Positions 12,602 to 24,800 of a DNA stretch of 64,000 bases are shown in pieces; within the stretch, counting starts at the first letter, position 1, and each line of letters starts with the position of its first letter. This DNA is from Perkinsus chesapeaki ATCC PRA-425 (lineage: Eukaryota > Protista > Perkinsozoa). A model generated the notes under the pieces. That model did not search any database, was not told the DNA's origin, and was given only the letters and a program-made list of their open reading frames with translations. The DNA is taken from assembly GCA_013115145.1 (NCBI GenBank), contig JAAPAO010000020.1, positions 1 through 64,000 of the forward strand, written 5' to 3'. Made by a program: the position numbers and the translations under genes.

Positions 12602-13495
12602 ATGGGTATCATAGAAACAACCTTTCTAGTATTCTGCCTCCTCCTCAACGGTCGCAGTCTTATAGCAGTCCTCCCTACCCTTGGCTGGGGCATGCTCATC
12701 TCATACGGTAATGCGGATGGGACATTCTAGGTGCTAAATTACTCTATTCAGGCACCTGGGCAGTAGTCCGATGGATACTAGCACCGTTTGAGAAGGCAGC
12801 GTTGGTCACCACCCTTGTCTGTCTGACCTCAACCGCAGTCATCTACCTCCACTGCGGGTAAGGCTGCCATCTGCTCTCCCTCGGTGTCCCTCTTCTATGT
12901 CAGCCTAATAGCAACTTTGGCGTGCTGCGGCTCATGGATTCTGACACAGACTGCAGTACTGCCCGCCCAGGTAGTAGTTACCCGCAGTATCGCCGGCCGG
13001 TCTGACACTTATTCATTTCAGTTCACCACGGCGATCCTACCCGGGCTTCTCGCCCTCAGCCTGCCCAATGCCCCATTCGGCCTTCTATGGCTTTTTCATC
13101 CTATTGGCCATCTCTGTTTTCAAAGTATCATCACCGTTACCTTGCCCCCCAATCTCACCGCCCTCACAGGTACTATTCTATTTGTATTCCCCACAAGAAC
13201 CTTCTGTTGGGCCACGAACCCGGCATCTTCGTGGGTGCCCGAACGGCAGCCGCACGTTCTGGTATCTACCTGCTGCCGTTCGTTCCTCTCAGCATTCCCA
13301 TTGTAGGTTTGCCTACTCCTCTCGGTCTGGTCCGAGTTCTCCACCTTATGTCCGGCCATGGCGGTATCGCTAGTAGGCCTGCTGTTAAGGTGCCAACTTT
13401 TCATACCACACTTCCGTCAAATCTTGTCTCTGTTTAGTCGCTCCCATGGTACTGGCCGCCGTAGCATCTATCACAGTCCATGGCCGTCCACTGTA
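12602..13495 (+). CDS. Possible multi-exon membrane protein (may be degenerate)
   Basis: Hydrophobic exons MGIIETTFLVFCLLLNG..., GTWAVVRWILAPFEKAALVTTLVCL..., LIATLACCGSWILTQ..., separated by GT-AG introns; 3' frame not resolved. Confidence 0.35.
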
Positions 13496-16400
13496 ACTGG
13501 TAAATCATCCGATAGAAACAAAGGAACAACCTTCATCGTCTTTGTAAGGCTTTATCGATGCTAATACTGTGGGAGAGATACCTGGCTATTTTTTACACCA
13601 TCTGGGCCAGGTTTCGTCGACATTATAAAATATCTTGACTATATTCCTTCGCCTCTTCGTGGCCCATATTGAGCTGCTGCACTTCTTGGCACCTCCTCGT
13701 TGTCAGTGTCCGTGTTGCTAGTGGTATAAAATTCTTATCGAATAGGCTGGCACCTGTTTTACTGGTATGAAGATTTGATCCGATCTATTTTTTGCCGTTC
13801 GATGAGCTCGGCACCTTCGCATTTTGAGGAAGGGTTTCTGTCGTTCATAACCCTACCTTGGTCTGATCAGGTCCACGGTCTGGACTTCAATGACAGCCAG
13901 TGGATAGTAGGTCGTATACTTCTACCGAGGCTTCTTCAATCCACCGAACGGAGGTAAGCCGCCTGCATTATGTCTCTGATGAGCTGTCGTTATCAGAATC
14001 CATACAAGTGCAATAAATCTCCATGGCGGCGGGTGGTTGGAGAATGACCATCAGCCAGACGAGACCGTTAATGATTATATGTTTATCCTCCACGACCATC
14101 TCCGATCGCTGAAGGGCAATGCCAAGCTCGATAACATTGTGAGATTCGGGAAGGGGAGCGGTTAGAAATTATTGAACTTTAATTGCCTTTGAACTTTACC
14201 ATTCCGCAGCATGTATTCATCAGGTTTTAATCGGCCACAGTCTCGGCGGTCTCATCTGCGAGGACTACTGTCGGTCACGTCGATGCCACATGCTTGCCCA
14301 TGATCGTAACTCAGATCCTGGTGAGATAACTGCACCACTCCTGGACGCAGCAGCTTGTGATTAGTCCCGATTGCCGGTGTCATCTGCATCTGCTCTCCCT
14401 TCGACGGCGCCAAAGTGGTATCTTTGATCCCACCAGAGCTTCGTCATGATGTAGGCTCCTGGTCGAGCGCCGTCCCGGCGACCAATGCGCCATCAGGTGC
14501 ATCTGTCACTGCATCGAAAGCATAGCAAGCTGCTGAGGGACATTCATAACGACCACAAACGTGGAGGCTCGAAGCTCGAGATGCCTCGTCCGACCCGACC
14601 GGTCCCGCCATGGATGGCAGCTAAGAATCCCCCCAAGTAGACTTTGGGCCACTAGACTCAGATTTCCAAGGGTCAGTTAGGTCCCCGCAGAAGGTCGAAC
14701 GAAGTACCGCAGCATTGCTGCTGGTATGGATCAGACACCTCGTCTGTACCGCCATATGGGGTGGTGACTGGAAGGGAGAGTAAGCCTGAGCTGGTCCAGC
14801 CTGAACTGCGGACATGCTTCCCCCCCCTCCGCAGCCCGCCACCGATACCAGGTGAAGACAAACTAGCCGAGCTCAGTCTCCCTCTCACTTCAACAGAAAT
14901 GTCAGAGGAGGCCATCAAGATGCGCACGGGTTGGCTGCTTCCTCCTGACCTGTGGAGTATCATGACCGTTTCAGATCCCGTCACCGGTCTGACCCCACAC
15001 AATGGCTTCCCAGACGGGCTGGCGATGTCCTTTCACAGAATGCACATGCATGCTGTTTGGGATGCATTCTCCGGCACTCGTCTCCGAAACATTGTAGAGC
15101 CCTCGGGTAGGCCATCCGACCTTCGGTGAATCTTTAACTTACTTCTCAGCTGATAAGGCCACACTCATCTCGGGGCCTGTGCCGCTAAAGACAGAAGTCA
15201 CGGCGTCATCGACTGGGAAGGACGACGAAGGTTGGTCAGCAGCAGCCTCCACTGTCTAGAACTATAGCTCCCTTTTTCAGATGGTGACAGCATCTGCTCC
15301 GGATCTTCTACCCCTCGGATACCGCCCCGACACTTCTCGACCTTCTCAGATGTTTGCCTATGGCATTGTGGGCATTACAGTGCCGTGGTGAGCTCGACAG
15401 CTTGGATCCACATTGCCGAGTTCATTCGTATCCGCATTATCGAAGGCAAAGGCTGCGTTGTGTACACCAAAGGCTGTCAGCACTTTTACGGTTATTAGCC
15501 GTTACGAAGTTTAGCATGCAATTTATAATCCTTACCCGGTTAATGTGGGCTGTTATGATGAAGATGATGCAGCACGAACAACATGAAGTCGTGAATGTTA
15601 CGCATACGCTGTTGAGTTCACCCACAGTGGGAGGAAACGTCACGCGCCGTAAAATTACGCCAGGCCCGTTGTTGCCACCATGATGGTCTGGAATGTCGTC
15701 TAGTGATTCGCCGCCGTCGGCTGGCCACTACGATCGGCGTATCGACTCTCTCAAGATGGAACTCAACTTGGCCAGACTTCGCTTGGCGCGAGTATCAGCG
15801 CGCTCTTTCCCCGCCCATCCCGAGGCCGGTATCTGCTAGCACCAAGGCCACGTATGAGCTACCGAAGTTAGGCCGTCGGGTTAGCTTATCGATTTCTGTG
15901 CGAGGGAGACAGCGGGCGAGTTTCAGCAGCGATCGATGCTCATACTGATCGAACGGCTAGACCTGAACCTGTAAGGGATCGCCAAACCAACACCTTCGTC
16001 TCCCTGTCATGTGGTGCCTGTTCTCAGTGTCCTCGGCCTCCTCTCAAAACTCGTCACGTGCCCTCTAGAAGCCGGCAGCGTTCCGAGCGCTGCGCTGAGG
16101 CTGCTTACTCCCAGGTAGGGTGGCGCCATAAGTGGATGTCCAGTCATCCTTTTAGGCTTATCATGAGCATATGTCGGCAACTGAAAAGGTATATACAACC
16201 GAAGCCAATACTGTGCTGAAAGTGAGGTAGCTGTGAGATCATAGCCATCAGTTCGGCATTGTCAGCCACTGCGAGATGCCGACCGAGCCAGAAGAGCTAT
16301 ACCGTGATTTGATGAGTCATTGGGATGCGGGTCTTCTCGGTAAATGGTGGTAGATATGACCAAGAAGACCCGAAAACGGGCAGATGATGTCGATGAAGTC

Positions 16401-16988
16401 TGGAAGGTCGGCTGTAGCATTCGCTCTGATAGGTAGCTCCTCTGCCACTCGTCTGTCTAACAACGGTGAAATAGTCTTCTATTGTGTTCTCGCCGATGAC
16501 TGTTATGATGATGTGATCATGTTTGATTGTTAGGTGTCCATACCGCTCTTTCGTCTAATCTATGTTGAGTTACCTAGTCGCCATACACCCAGATCCACGC
16601 AGATCGCCAGTACCCGAACGTTCGATGGCATCCACAAGCAGCCCATCGTCCGCGTATCGGTTCCCAGCGGATATCGTGAGCTTCCTCAATGCTAATGGCA
16701 TTCCACTGGAGCTATACGGTGCGTGCTTGTAAGGGAATCTAGCGTTATTGAGCAGCTCAGATCCTCATCACCAACCGACTGTTAGAACCGTTAGACAGCG
16801 ATTCGACAAGGGTAGTGTCGAAGATGAACTCAACAAGGAGCTGGAACGACAGAACGATTCCGCCGAGCCGTCAGGTAGGACGTTTCTTTTGTCTTAGCAA
16901 AATTCCGCGAGCTTTGAGAGCTCAGTGATTAGGAACTGCCGAGCGTAGCAGTAAGGGTCTGGTCACACCTATCCAGTGGCTTGAGCCA

Positions 16989-17972
16989 TTGACGAGGTCT
17001 CGTTTCGGGCCAGGATCGAAGTTCTTCTCGATACCAAAGGACACTCAGATGAGCAAGTTGGATCTGTACAAGTCCGGTAGCTCTCCGTCCCTCCTTCCTT
17101 ACTGTATCCTCGTTTATTCAGGTAAACTCTTCGGCTTGGACGTTTCCAGTGCTTCTGCTGTATTTGCCTTGTTAGGCGAAGACGGCCCTCCCCCCGGCTC
17201 TAACGTGCTCGACATGTGCTGTGCTCCCGGTACCAAACTCCTCATGCTCTCCGAGCTTTGTCCCGGCAGCCGGGTCGCTGGTGTAGATGTGAGTCGGGAT
17301 CGTCTAATGGTTTGTCGGAGTCTCCTCACCAAGTACGGCTCCAACGATGTCGAGCTCTATCACGGGGATTCCCGATACATCTGCACCGCGGCTGTGGAGA
17401 GGCTTCCAATTGCGAAAAAGAAATCGCGGGGACGTAAGCGGCAGCGGCGGGCAAGTCCCGAACAGCAAGCTGACAAGTGTCTCCTCGGCGGCGAGGGCAA
17501 CTGGGACTTCGTCCTATGTGATGCCGAATGTACTCATGATGGCAGTGTGAAGCATATGTTGAAGCATCTTGAAGGCGGGTCGGGAGATGGTGTCGTAGGA
17601 TTCTGGCAACAGCAAAGCCAAGGCAGTCACCCTATGCCTTGGCTCGATAAGCTGGACGAGCTGGAATCCCTCCAACGAGCGTTGATAACCGCCGCATTTG
17701 ACGCTCTCAAAGCCGGTGGAGTTATGGTGTATTCTACTTGTAGCATGGCAAGAAGACAGGATGAAAGCATCGTGGAGTATCTACTGGATCATAAAGGAGC
17801 CGCTGCCGCTCTTAGCCCATTGCCATTCGATCTCTCTATTGTACCAGCCAAGGCTGCTACTAAGAATGTTGGTGGTGATGTATGTGCGTGTAGGTTTGAC
17901 CCAGCTGATGCTGATATGACTCGGGTTGATGCTGGCGGGCTTTTCATCGCTCGGATACGTAAAGTTCTCTGA
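16989..17972 (+). CDS. NOL1/NOP2/Sun (RsmB/NSUN) RNA m5C methyltransferase; true start probably upstream (~16800) and one in-frame 45-nt intron likely
   Basis: VLDMCCAPGTKL (motif I), VLCDAECTHDG (motif IV Cys), MVYSTCS (motif VI Cys), GLFIARIRK. Confidence 0.9.
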   Translation: MTRSRFGPGSKFFSIPKDTQMSKLDLYKSGSSPSLLPYCILVYSGKLFGLDVSSASAVFALLGEDGPPPGSNVLDMCCAPGTKLLMLSELCPGSRVAGVDVSRDRLMVCRSLLTKYGSNDVELYHGDSRYICTAAVERLPIAKKKSRGRKRQRRASPEQQADKCLLGGEGNWDFVLCDAECTHDGSVKHMLKHLEGGSGDGVVGFWQQQSQGSHPMPWLDKLDELESLQRALITAAFDALKAGGVMVYSTCSMARRQDESIVEYLLDHKGAAAALSPLPFDLSIVPAKAATKNVGGDVCACRFDPADADMTRVDAGGLFIARIRKVL

Positions 17973-18715
17973 TGGACGTTTGTCTTGTGTTTTATTACCA
18001 CCCTCTTGAAGAGGACAGAGACATTTGTCCACAAGGACAGGAAGAGAGAGGTTCTTTCCCCCCTAGGGCTACGTCGTTATATCCACCCTCTGGTCTCACC
18101 ATTAATTCGACACACAACGGCCAAGCGTGACCAGACATATCGTAGTAACTTATATAACTTGTTTAGTATTCATGGCATTCGTTCGAATGCCGAACGACCA
18201 ACAGTAGTGCCGTGACTTGATACTCCAACCGCGAATTCGAGCGGCAGGAGGATCACAAGAGAGCTCATTGCTAGGACACGCAGTTAGCACTGTGTAACAC
18301 AACTCCTATCAAACTTAATATCCATGTACTCCCGTAGCTTATACAAGCCACGGCTGACAGACAATGAGAAGACACTACTTATTCGTCCGATAATATCTAC
18401 CATTACTACAAGGACACCAGTTAGCACTGAGCCTTATCGATTGTTGACATATCTTTGGGCCCGAAGGCTATGACCACAAATCTCTGCAAATGATGCCGAG
18501 TAAAATCTCATCATCCCTATGAGGGGCGAGATGGCATCATTACGACAGCGGACGAAAGGAAAATATAGACCTTCTCTAAAACTACGTATCATAGCATATT
18601 AATAGTAGACAGAATCTTTTACGAGCAGCTAAAATAAGCTACACACCACCTGTAGTGAATGCTTCCATCAAAGGCATGTCACAACAACTTCAATAATAAT
18701 GACGACGGGAAAAGA

Positions 18716-20236
18716 CTAGATTCCTTCGACGGAGACATCACCGGCCTCGGCTGTACCGTGGTCAGTGAGAATGGACTCCTTAGAGATGGTTGGAGAGAAT
18801 CTGTAGGCCTGGGAATGGTAGTGCTTGGCAGCGTCAGCTCCGGTCATCTCGTGGTGCTCTTCAATACGGAATATTTTGAACAGGCGCATGATTCCGAAGA
18901 TAACGGCACTGCTTGCACCGACGAATGAGATTATAACAACCACACCAAGGAGCTGAATACCAAACTGATAGCCAACAGTGACATTTGGCGAGGCACTGAA
19001 TGCACCAAAGCCAGAATGAAAGTCCCACAGAGGGGCGGCCAGGACACCCCAGATCCCACAGGCACCGTGGACAGCAAATGCATCGATGGGATCATCAATT
19101 TTGAGCTTCTGAACTGCCCACGAAGCGAACTGATAAACGAGCGAACCGATTGTGGCAATGGCTATAGCGCTGCCCGGCACGACATTGGCGCAGCCAGCGG
19201 TGATCGATACTAAACCAGCCAGAATTCCATTGCACACACCGACAACGTCGTACTTCTTAACGAATAGGAAGCGGATAAGGAATGTTACAAATCCACCAGA
19301 GCCAGCAGCCAAGGCAGTGTTGACAGCCGCTAGAGACGCCACCCAGGCATCCTCGGATGATTGCATAGCCAAGGTCGAGCCAGCATTGAAGCCGAACCAA
19401 CCGAACCAAAGCACAAACGTACCGAGGACAATCAGAGGGATGGAATGAGGATGGAATTCGCTCTGGTCGTGACCGTTCTGGAAGCGGCCACAACGAGGGC
19501 CCAGGATGAGCGCACCAGTGAGAGCGCCGACACCACCAGTGAGATGAACAATACCACTGCCAGCGAAGTCGTAATAGGGCGAATCGAAAGCGGTGGAAAG
19601 CCAGCCTTCGCCGCTCCACGTGAACTGGACCACTGCGGGGTAGATGAAGGCGCTCATGACAGCAGAGTAGACGAAGTAGCTGCTAGAGCGAACTCTTTCG
19701 GCTACGCCACCTGACACGATGGTGGCCGCAGTGGCACAGAAGGCCCATTGGAAGAACCAGTCCTTGAAGGAGTATTCCCCTGGCGAAGGGAGAGAGCTGC
19801 CATCCTTGTACTCATAGAGCCCATTGCCGAAGAAGCCATGAGCATCGCCGACACCGTAGGCGATAGCGAATCCGAAAGCCCACCAACATAATGTACCAAC
19901 AGAGACGTCCAGAAGATTCTTAAGTAGAATATTCTGAACGTTGGCAACTCTGACCGAGCCGGCTTCCAAAGCAGCAAAGCCAAACTGCATAAGCATAACC
20001 AAAGCACCAGAGAAGATGAGCCATATGGTGTCAGTAGCGTCGGCGAGGCCCGTAACCGAGGGGCCATCGTCGAGGGACCGAGGAGGGGCGGTTGAGGCAC
20101 TCTCAAGGAGTCTCTCCAGCTTAGCAGCCTTCTCCTCGAGCTCTAGTATGCGGTTCTCCAGGGGGCTACTGTCACCAGGAGCAGCCACAACTGCGTAGGC
20201 GGAGACGGCGAATACACTCGAGCGGAACAGCTTCAT
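18716..20236 (-). CDS. AMT: Ammonium transporter, AMT1-type, intronless, with N-terminal signal peptide
   Basis: FQWAFCATAATIVSGGVAER, DFAGSGIVHLTGG, WFGWFGFNAGS, DDPIDAFAVHGACG (twin His); likely ATG at 20236 (MKLFRSSVFAVSAYAVVAA). Confidence 0.96.
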   Translation of the reverse strand: MKLFRSSVFAVSAYAVVAAPGDSSPLENRILELEEKAAKLERLLESASTAPPRSLDDGPSVTGLADATDTIWLIFSGALVMLMQFGFAALEAGSVRVANVQNILLKNLLDVSVGTLCWWAFGFAIAYGVGDAHGFFGNGLYEYKDGSSLPSPGEYSFKDWFFQWAFCATAATIVSGGVAERVRSSSYFVYSAVMSAFIYPAVVQFTWSGEGWLSTAFDSPYYDFAGSGIVHLTGGVGALTGALILGPRCGRFQNGHDQSEFHPHSIPLIVLGTFVLWFGWFGFNAGSTLAMQSSEDAWVASLAAVNTALAAGSGGFVTFLIRFLFVKKYDVVGVCNGILAGLVSITAGCANVVPGSAIAIATIGSLVYQFASWAVQKLKIDDPIDAFAVHGACGIWGVLAAPLWDFHSGFGAFSASPNVTVGYQFGIQLLGVVVIISFVGASSAVIFGIMRLFKIFRIEEHHEMTGADAAKHYHSQAYRFSPTISKESILTDHGTAEAGDVSVEGI

Positions 20237-20763
20237 GAGCAGCAACTGAGGGAATAACGAGATAACCAATAATTTCCCCTCGAGTGGATTGGGCTCGTCT
20301 TTTCAGAAATGCACGCTTGCGGTACTGAGAAAACACATTGGGCGTCGAATGGTGAGTGGTTCAACAGATCGATGCAACGACAACCGTCGAGGATTGACAA
20401 CCCCGCGATGAGTATCGTATTATTAATTTCGATTTAATTACTGCAACATGCATTCGGCATCTTCGTCCAATACTAATCCGTATAAACCTTTCCCAAAACG
20501 CCATCTCCGAAGAGATCATGCACGCAGCACAAGTCGTTTACACCTGGGCGAGCGAAACGACAAAGAAACGACCAAGAACGCTTCTCCTCCTCCTCCGACC
20601 TCCATTGCATCACGCTCTCACCATAACTGAACGCAGATCTACGTGGATAATAGAGAATGCTCATAAATGATGATATACCCGGTCAGCTACGACCAAAGGA
20701 TTACGAATATGTTAAGCAAATAATACTCAGGCGGCGAGGGCGGCGGGCGCCGCAGGACAGGAC

Positions 20764-21870
20764 TCAGTGGTTACTGCTGTTAAGCTGCTGGTGATGATGA
20801 TCGCTGCTCTTCGATTCCTGAGATATCCTCACCAAGTCGATGAGCTCTCGTGTCTTATTCGTCGATGCAATCCATTCACGAAAGTAACCTTCCATGAGCT
20901 CGGATACTTGCTGTCGTCTTGTGCTGTCGGTGATTTCATCCAACTGCCTGCACACCTTGGCATGAGCCTCTCGTCGCTCCTCCTAAACCAGCAGCCCCAT
21001 CATTAATCCATCCCGGGCACGGGCAACAGCCTACCAGTGCGTTGTAGTAGACCTCGGGCAATGCTAATTTCGGTACGCTGTCTTCCGCATTCAGGCCTCC
21101 CCCTAAAGTTGCCTTTCGCGGCTCCGGGAAACTAACCGTATTGAAGTTCTCGGGTGCCATCTGAGACCGACAAGATATTCTAGTTGAAACGCTTGCTGAC
21201 ACAGATGAGCCGTTCGAGCTTCTATGTAGCAGCATGTCGATACTCACGGACGGCGGTTACACAGAGGCAAGGGACACTTACCAGATAGTATCCTTGAGCT
21301 GAGGCATCAGTAGCAGCCGAGCCTGTAGATGTCCTGTTAGAGGCTGCACTAGCCGAGGACGTTCGATCCCCTCCTCCTCCACCACCATTGCCATCTGCCA
21401 TCAGGGGGCACCACACTGGATGGGCCCATATGCCGGCCTAACGCAAGTTAAGGAGGACACAGAGGCGAATCTCCCTACTGCGTATCGATTTGGTGGCTCT
21501 TTTTCCGTTCCAATCAAATCCAGCATCCCTGCCGATTGCAGCAAGGGCGCGCTTCTACTGTACAAAACATTGAACGGGGCCAGCTTGATGCCGCGGCAAT
21601 CGCCGGTGACGACGGGAGGGTTCTAAGAGGAGCAAAAAGCAGCATGCGGACTCCCCACCTGTGCGAGGGCTCACCCTAGTCAGCGTATAGAGGTTAACAT
21701 CGACGCCACTCTCGAGCCTGGAGAAAAGGTGACCAGATTCTCACACCGCTGTCTCACCTCGTCGCAGTGGCAACAGCATGGACATTACACCGCTCACAGT
21801 TGGCAACGGAGACTTGACAAGTGCAACAGAGTAAAACTATATCACAGTCAACACAGCCGACAACAGCAGC
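20764..21870 (-). CDS. Multi-exon hypothetical protein (boundaries approximate)
   Basis: Coding-like exons ...GIWAHPVWCPLMADG...GYYL | ... | EERREAHAKVCRQLDEITDS...EGYFREWIASTNKTRELIDL...* with GT-AG introns; family not recognised. Confidence 0.4.
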
Positions 21871-24800
21871 AAATCGTATAGGACCTGAACGACAAATCGC
21901 ATTATACGAACATAATACTTAGTAGTAACTTTTTATATTAATATTAAGTGCAGTTACTTTGTTTAACTTATGGGCGTATATATAAATTGCATTATTGAGG
22001 TATTTCCTCAGTGTATTGGATGACAAGCGCCTTTATCGCATCACAGAAGAGAATGTCAAGGCCGGGGATCAACGGAAGCGTAGGACACGTTGGTCAATTC
22101 ACCGGCCTTCTTCCGATAAGCCATCATAATATATATGACATGCCTCTATTTATGTCTGGATGTAATTATTCAAATCATTTCCTCATCGAATGGACGCAGT
22201 ACGGATCAGGGTACGCTGGAATTAATCCCAGTTTTCTTGCTCGCCAAAATGTATAGGCCATCACACTCACATACTGTGCGACCCAAACTGTTATGCAAAT
22301 CAGTTATCATAATGTTTTCATTCAGACGAGTAAGAATACGAGATTTGTAACATATGACCAACACTGCCGAGACACCAATGCGGTGAGCAGCTGTCCTGTG
22401 GCAAAGGGAAGGGTTGATGCTCACCCGATAGGTAAATGATGGTCTCATTGCAGTTAGAAATATACAACAGGTCAGTCGGGGCAGCAGCGTCCCGCCCAGC
22501 ATCCCGAAGGACTGTAGTTTTAGATAGTCCAGACAGCGTCAAAGATCGATACCTAACAAGTCTGATGATGTAGATAATAGACTTGGCTGCTTACCCAATT
22601 GCACAGGTAGCAGGGCTCTCGATGCTCATAGGTCCTGTTTTATTAGTGCCAAGGGTTGGAGGGTAAATAACGTCATTCCACACTATATTAGATTCGATGA
22701 GTGCCTGAAAGAACCGAGGACTCAGCAACATAACCACCGTGCAGGGCTGAGAGCTCTATTGGAAAGATACTGAATGAGAAAGTCAATGAGAAATATTTTC
22801 CTGCCCATAGGAACCATTATAGTTCGACGAAGTTGTGGTTTAATAAACTATTGCTCACGGGGAAGGACATCATAGGCTTATTGCTATCTGCAATATCGTT
22901 GACATTAACAATGGACTAGAGGGAGTTCTACGTGATCGATGCGTGCTCCCCAGTAAGGACACGAGGCCCCTTCATTTCACCAACCCATAAATACTTTTAT
23001 ACAGAGCTTTAGACAGTAGTATCAAGTGAGCACCGACCGCCTTGGTGTTATTACCTGTAGTTTATCAAAGGCAATACTCGGCGTACTGGACAGCCGATTC
23101 CGAAATGAAGATGCGCCACTTAACGCAAAAACGGCCTCATGGAGCGTCTTGCACGGCGAACCAAATGATGGTCCGCCAGCAATTAATATCCTAAATCAAC
23201 CCATTAGTACCCCACCCCAGACAATACGGCGGCGGCATTTACCCAAGACTGTCAAGGGCCTCTGAAGAGACCTTATCCACCTTCATTTCCTTCCTCGGCG
23301 GCGATGACTTCGGAGATGAGCCTCCATCAGGTGCTTCGTACCACTGACAGACTATCCGCAAAAGACTGCAGCTATGTGTCCTGAGCGAAGGATACTTCCA
23401 GGATACGTAATTGCCTACCACCTTATGAATGCAATTGCCTGTTGATTGTCTCTACCAATCCGGCCACCACTGAGCTGTGACGACATAACCATGGAAGCTC
23501 TCGGGGATTGCTGGAATAATTAGTAAACCAAGCTCTTCCGAATGCCCACACTACCTGTGATTGCGATCGAGGTGAGTGAGCAGCTGCCGAAGCTGAAAAA
23601 AGGCGAAATTAGCGGGAATCGATTCCATTCCAAAAGTCCGTGCACCGTTACAGAGCACTTATCAGCGTAAATTATATCATATAATTATACAGCACATGTT
23701 GAAAGCGAGACGACGAGGTAGGAGGTATTACCATCAGGTAGAGCTTGAACCCAAGATTCACCAGCTGCCGTTCCTCTACGGAAGGACTCCTGTCTTAGGT
23801 TTCGCGAGTACGGCAGAATCTGAGGGCAAACTATAGACAGTGGGGAAGTTAGAACTTCAGCAACCTCAGCGAAAACGTCAGTTATATGCGTACAGAGGTG
23901 ATGGATGAGCATGAAGCAAACGGATGGGGTTAAATAACGACCATAATGGATACAATACCTTGCAGCACAGTGATGAACGGCAAGCCGACTAATGATGGAG
24001 CTGCTATTGCGAAATATCCATTCGTGATGCTTATCCGATATAGTTTAAACTATTCCTGTTAGCTATCATCTAATTCACCATACTAACTACCCCTATTACT
24101 ACACAAGCTGACTGGGTTCCCATTACCGAGTAAGTTCCCATCTCCCGCCCGTATTACCTGTAGAAATAGCAATACCCCCAATACTCTTATATCGCACCAA
24201 TCGCCGCCACCATTAGCCCCCTCTGCCGACTTAAGCGATGTACTGGTCCCACTAGGAAGAGGAAAGATTGCTCTGTTTATATTGGAGAAAACCGTCCAAT
24301 AGCTGACATCATAGAAATGCCTGTCAATAGTAGAGATGTCCCTTACGCAAGAGCCTCGGTCTGCGTCAAATGCGGTAGATGCTCTCCAGGCTCAGCGCAG
24401 TAGTCCAGAAACCGTGACCGCAATACGGCCGTCCCCGGTATCGTCCGTCTGAGGGCAGAATAATAAACGGCCGCTGAATAACTGCGTAACTTGGCCAACC
24501 GACCTTAAAACTTATTTTTAAAGCCGAATACGATTTTCGAATACATTTGTACGTTGCATGACCAATAAAAAGCGCCCTGCAGTGTGACTTATAGTACATA
24601 TTCCGCACGATGAATCAATAAACTTCTCCGGCGGATTGACGAGGCTATGAGTGGTAAGATGGTTCCCGTTAGTACTTGAGACCCTTCAAAAAGTCCATGA
24701 CGTCTCTGACGGACCATCGTACTGTTGTATGGACTGTGGCATGGTCGAATACCTCCCCTCTAGGCCACAACATTACCACAACAAACACTTACTTGGTATA

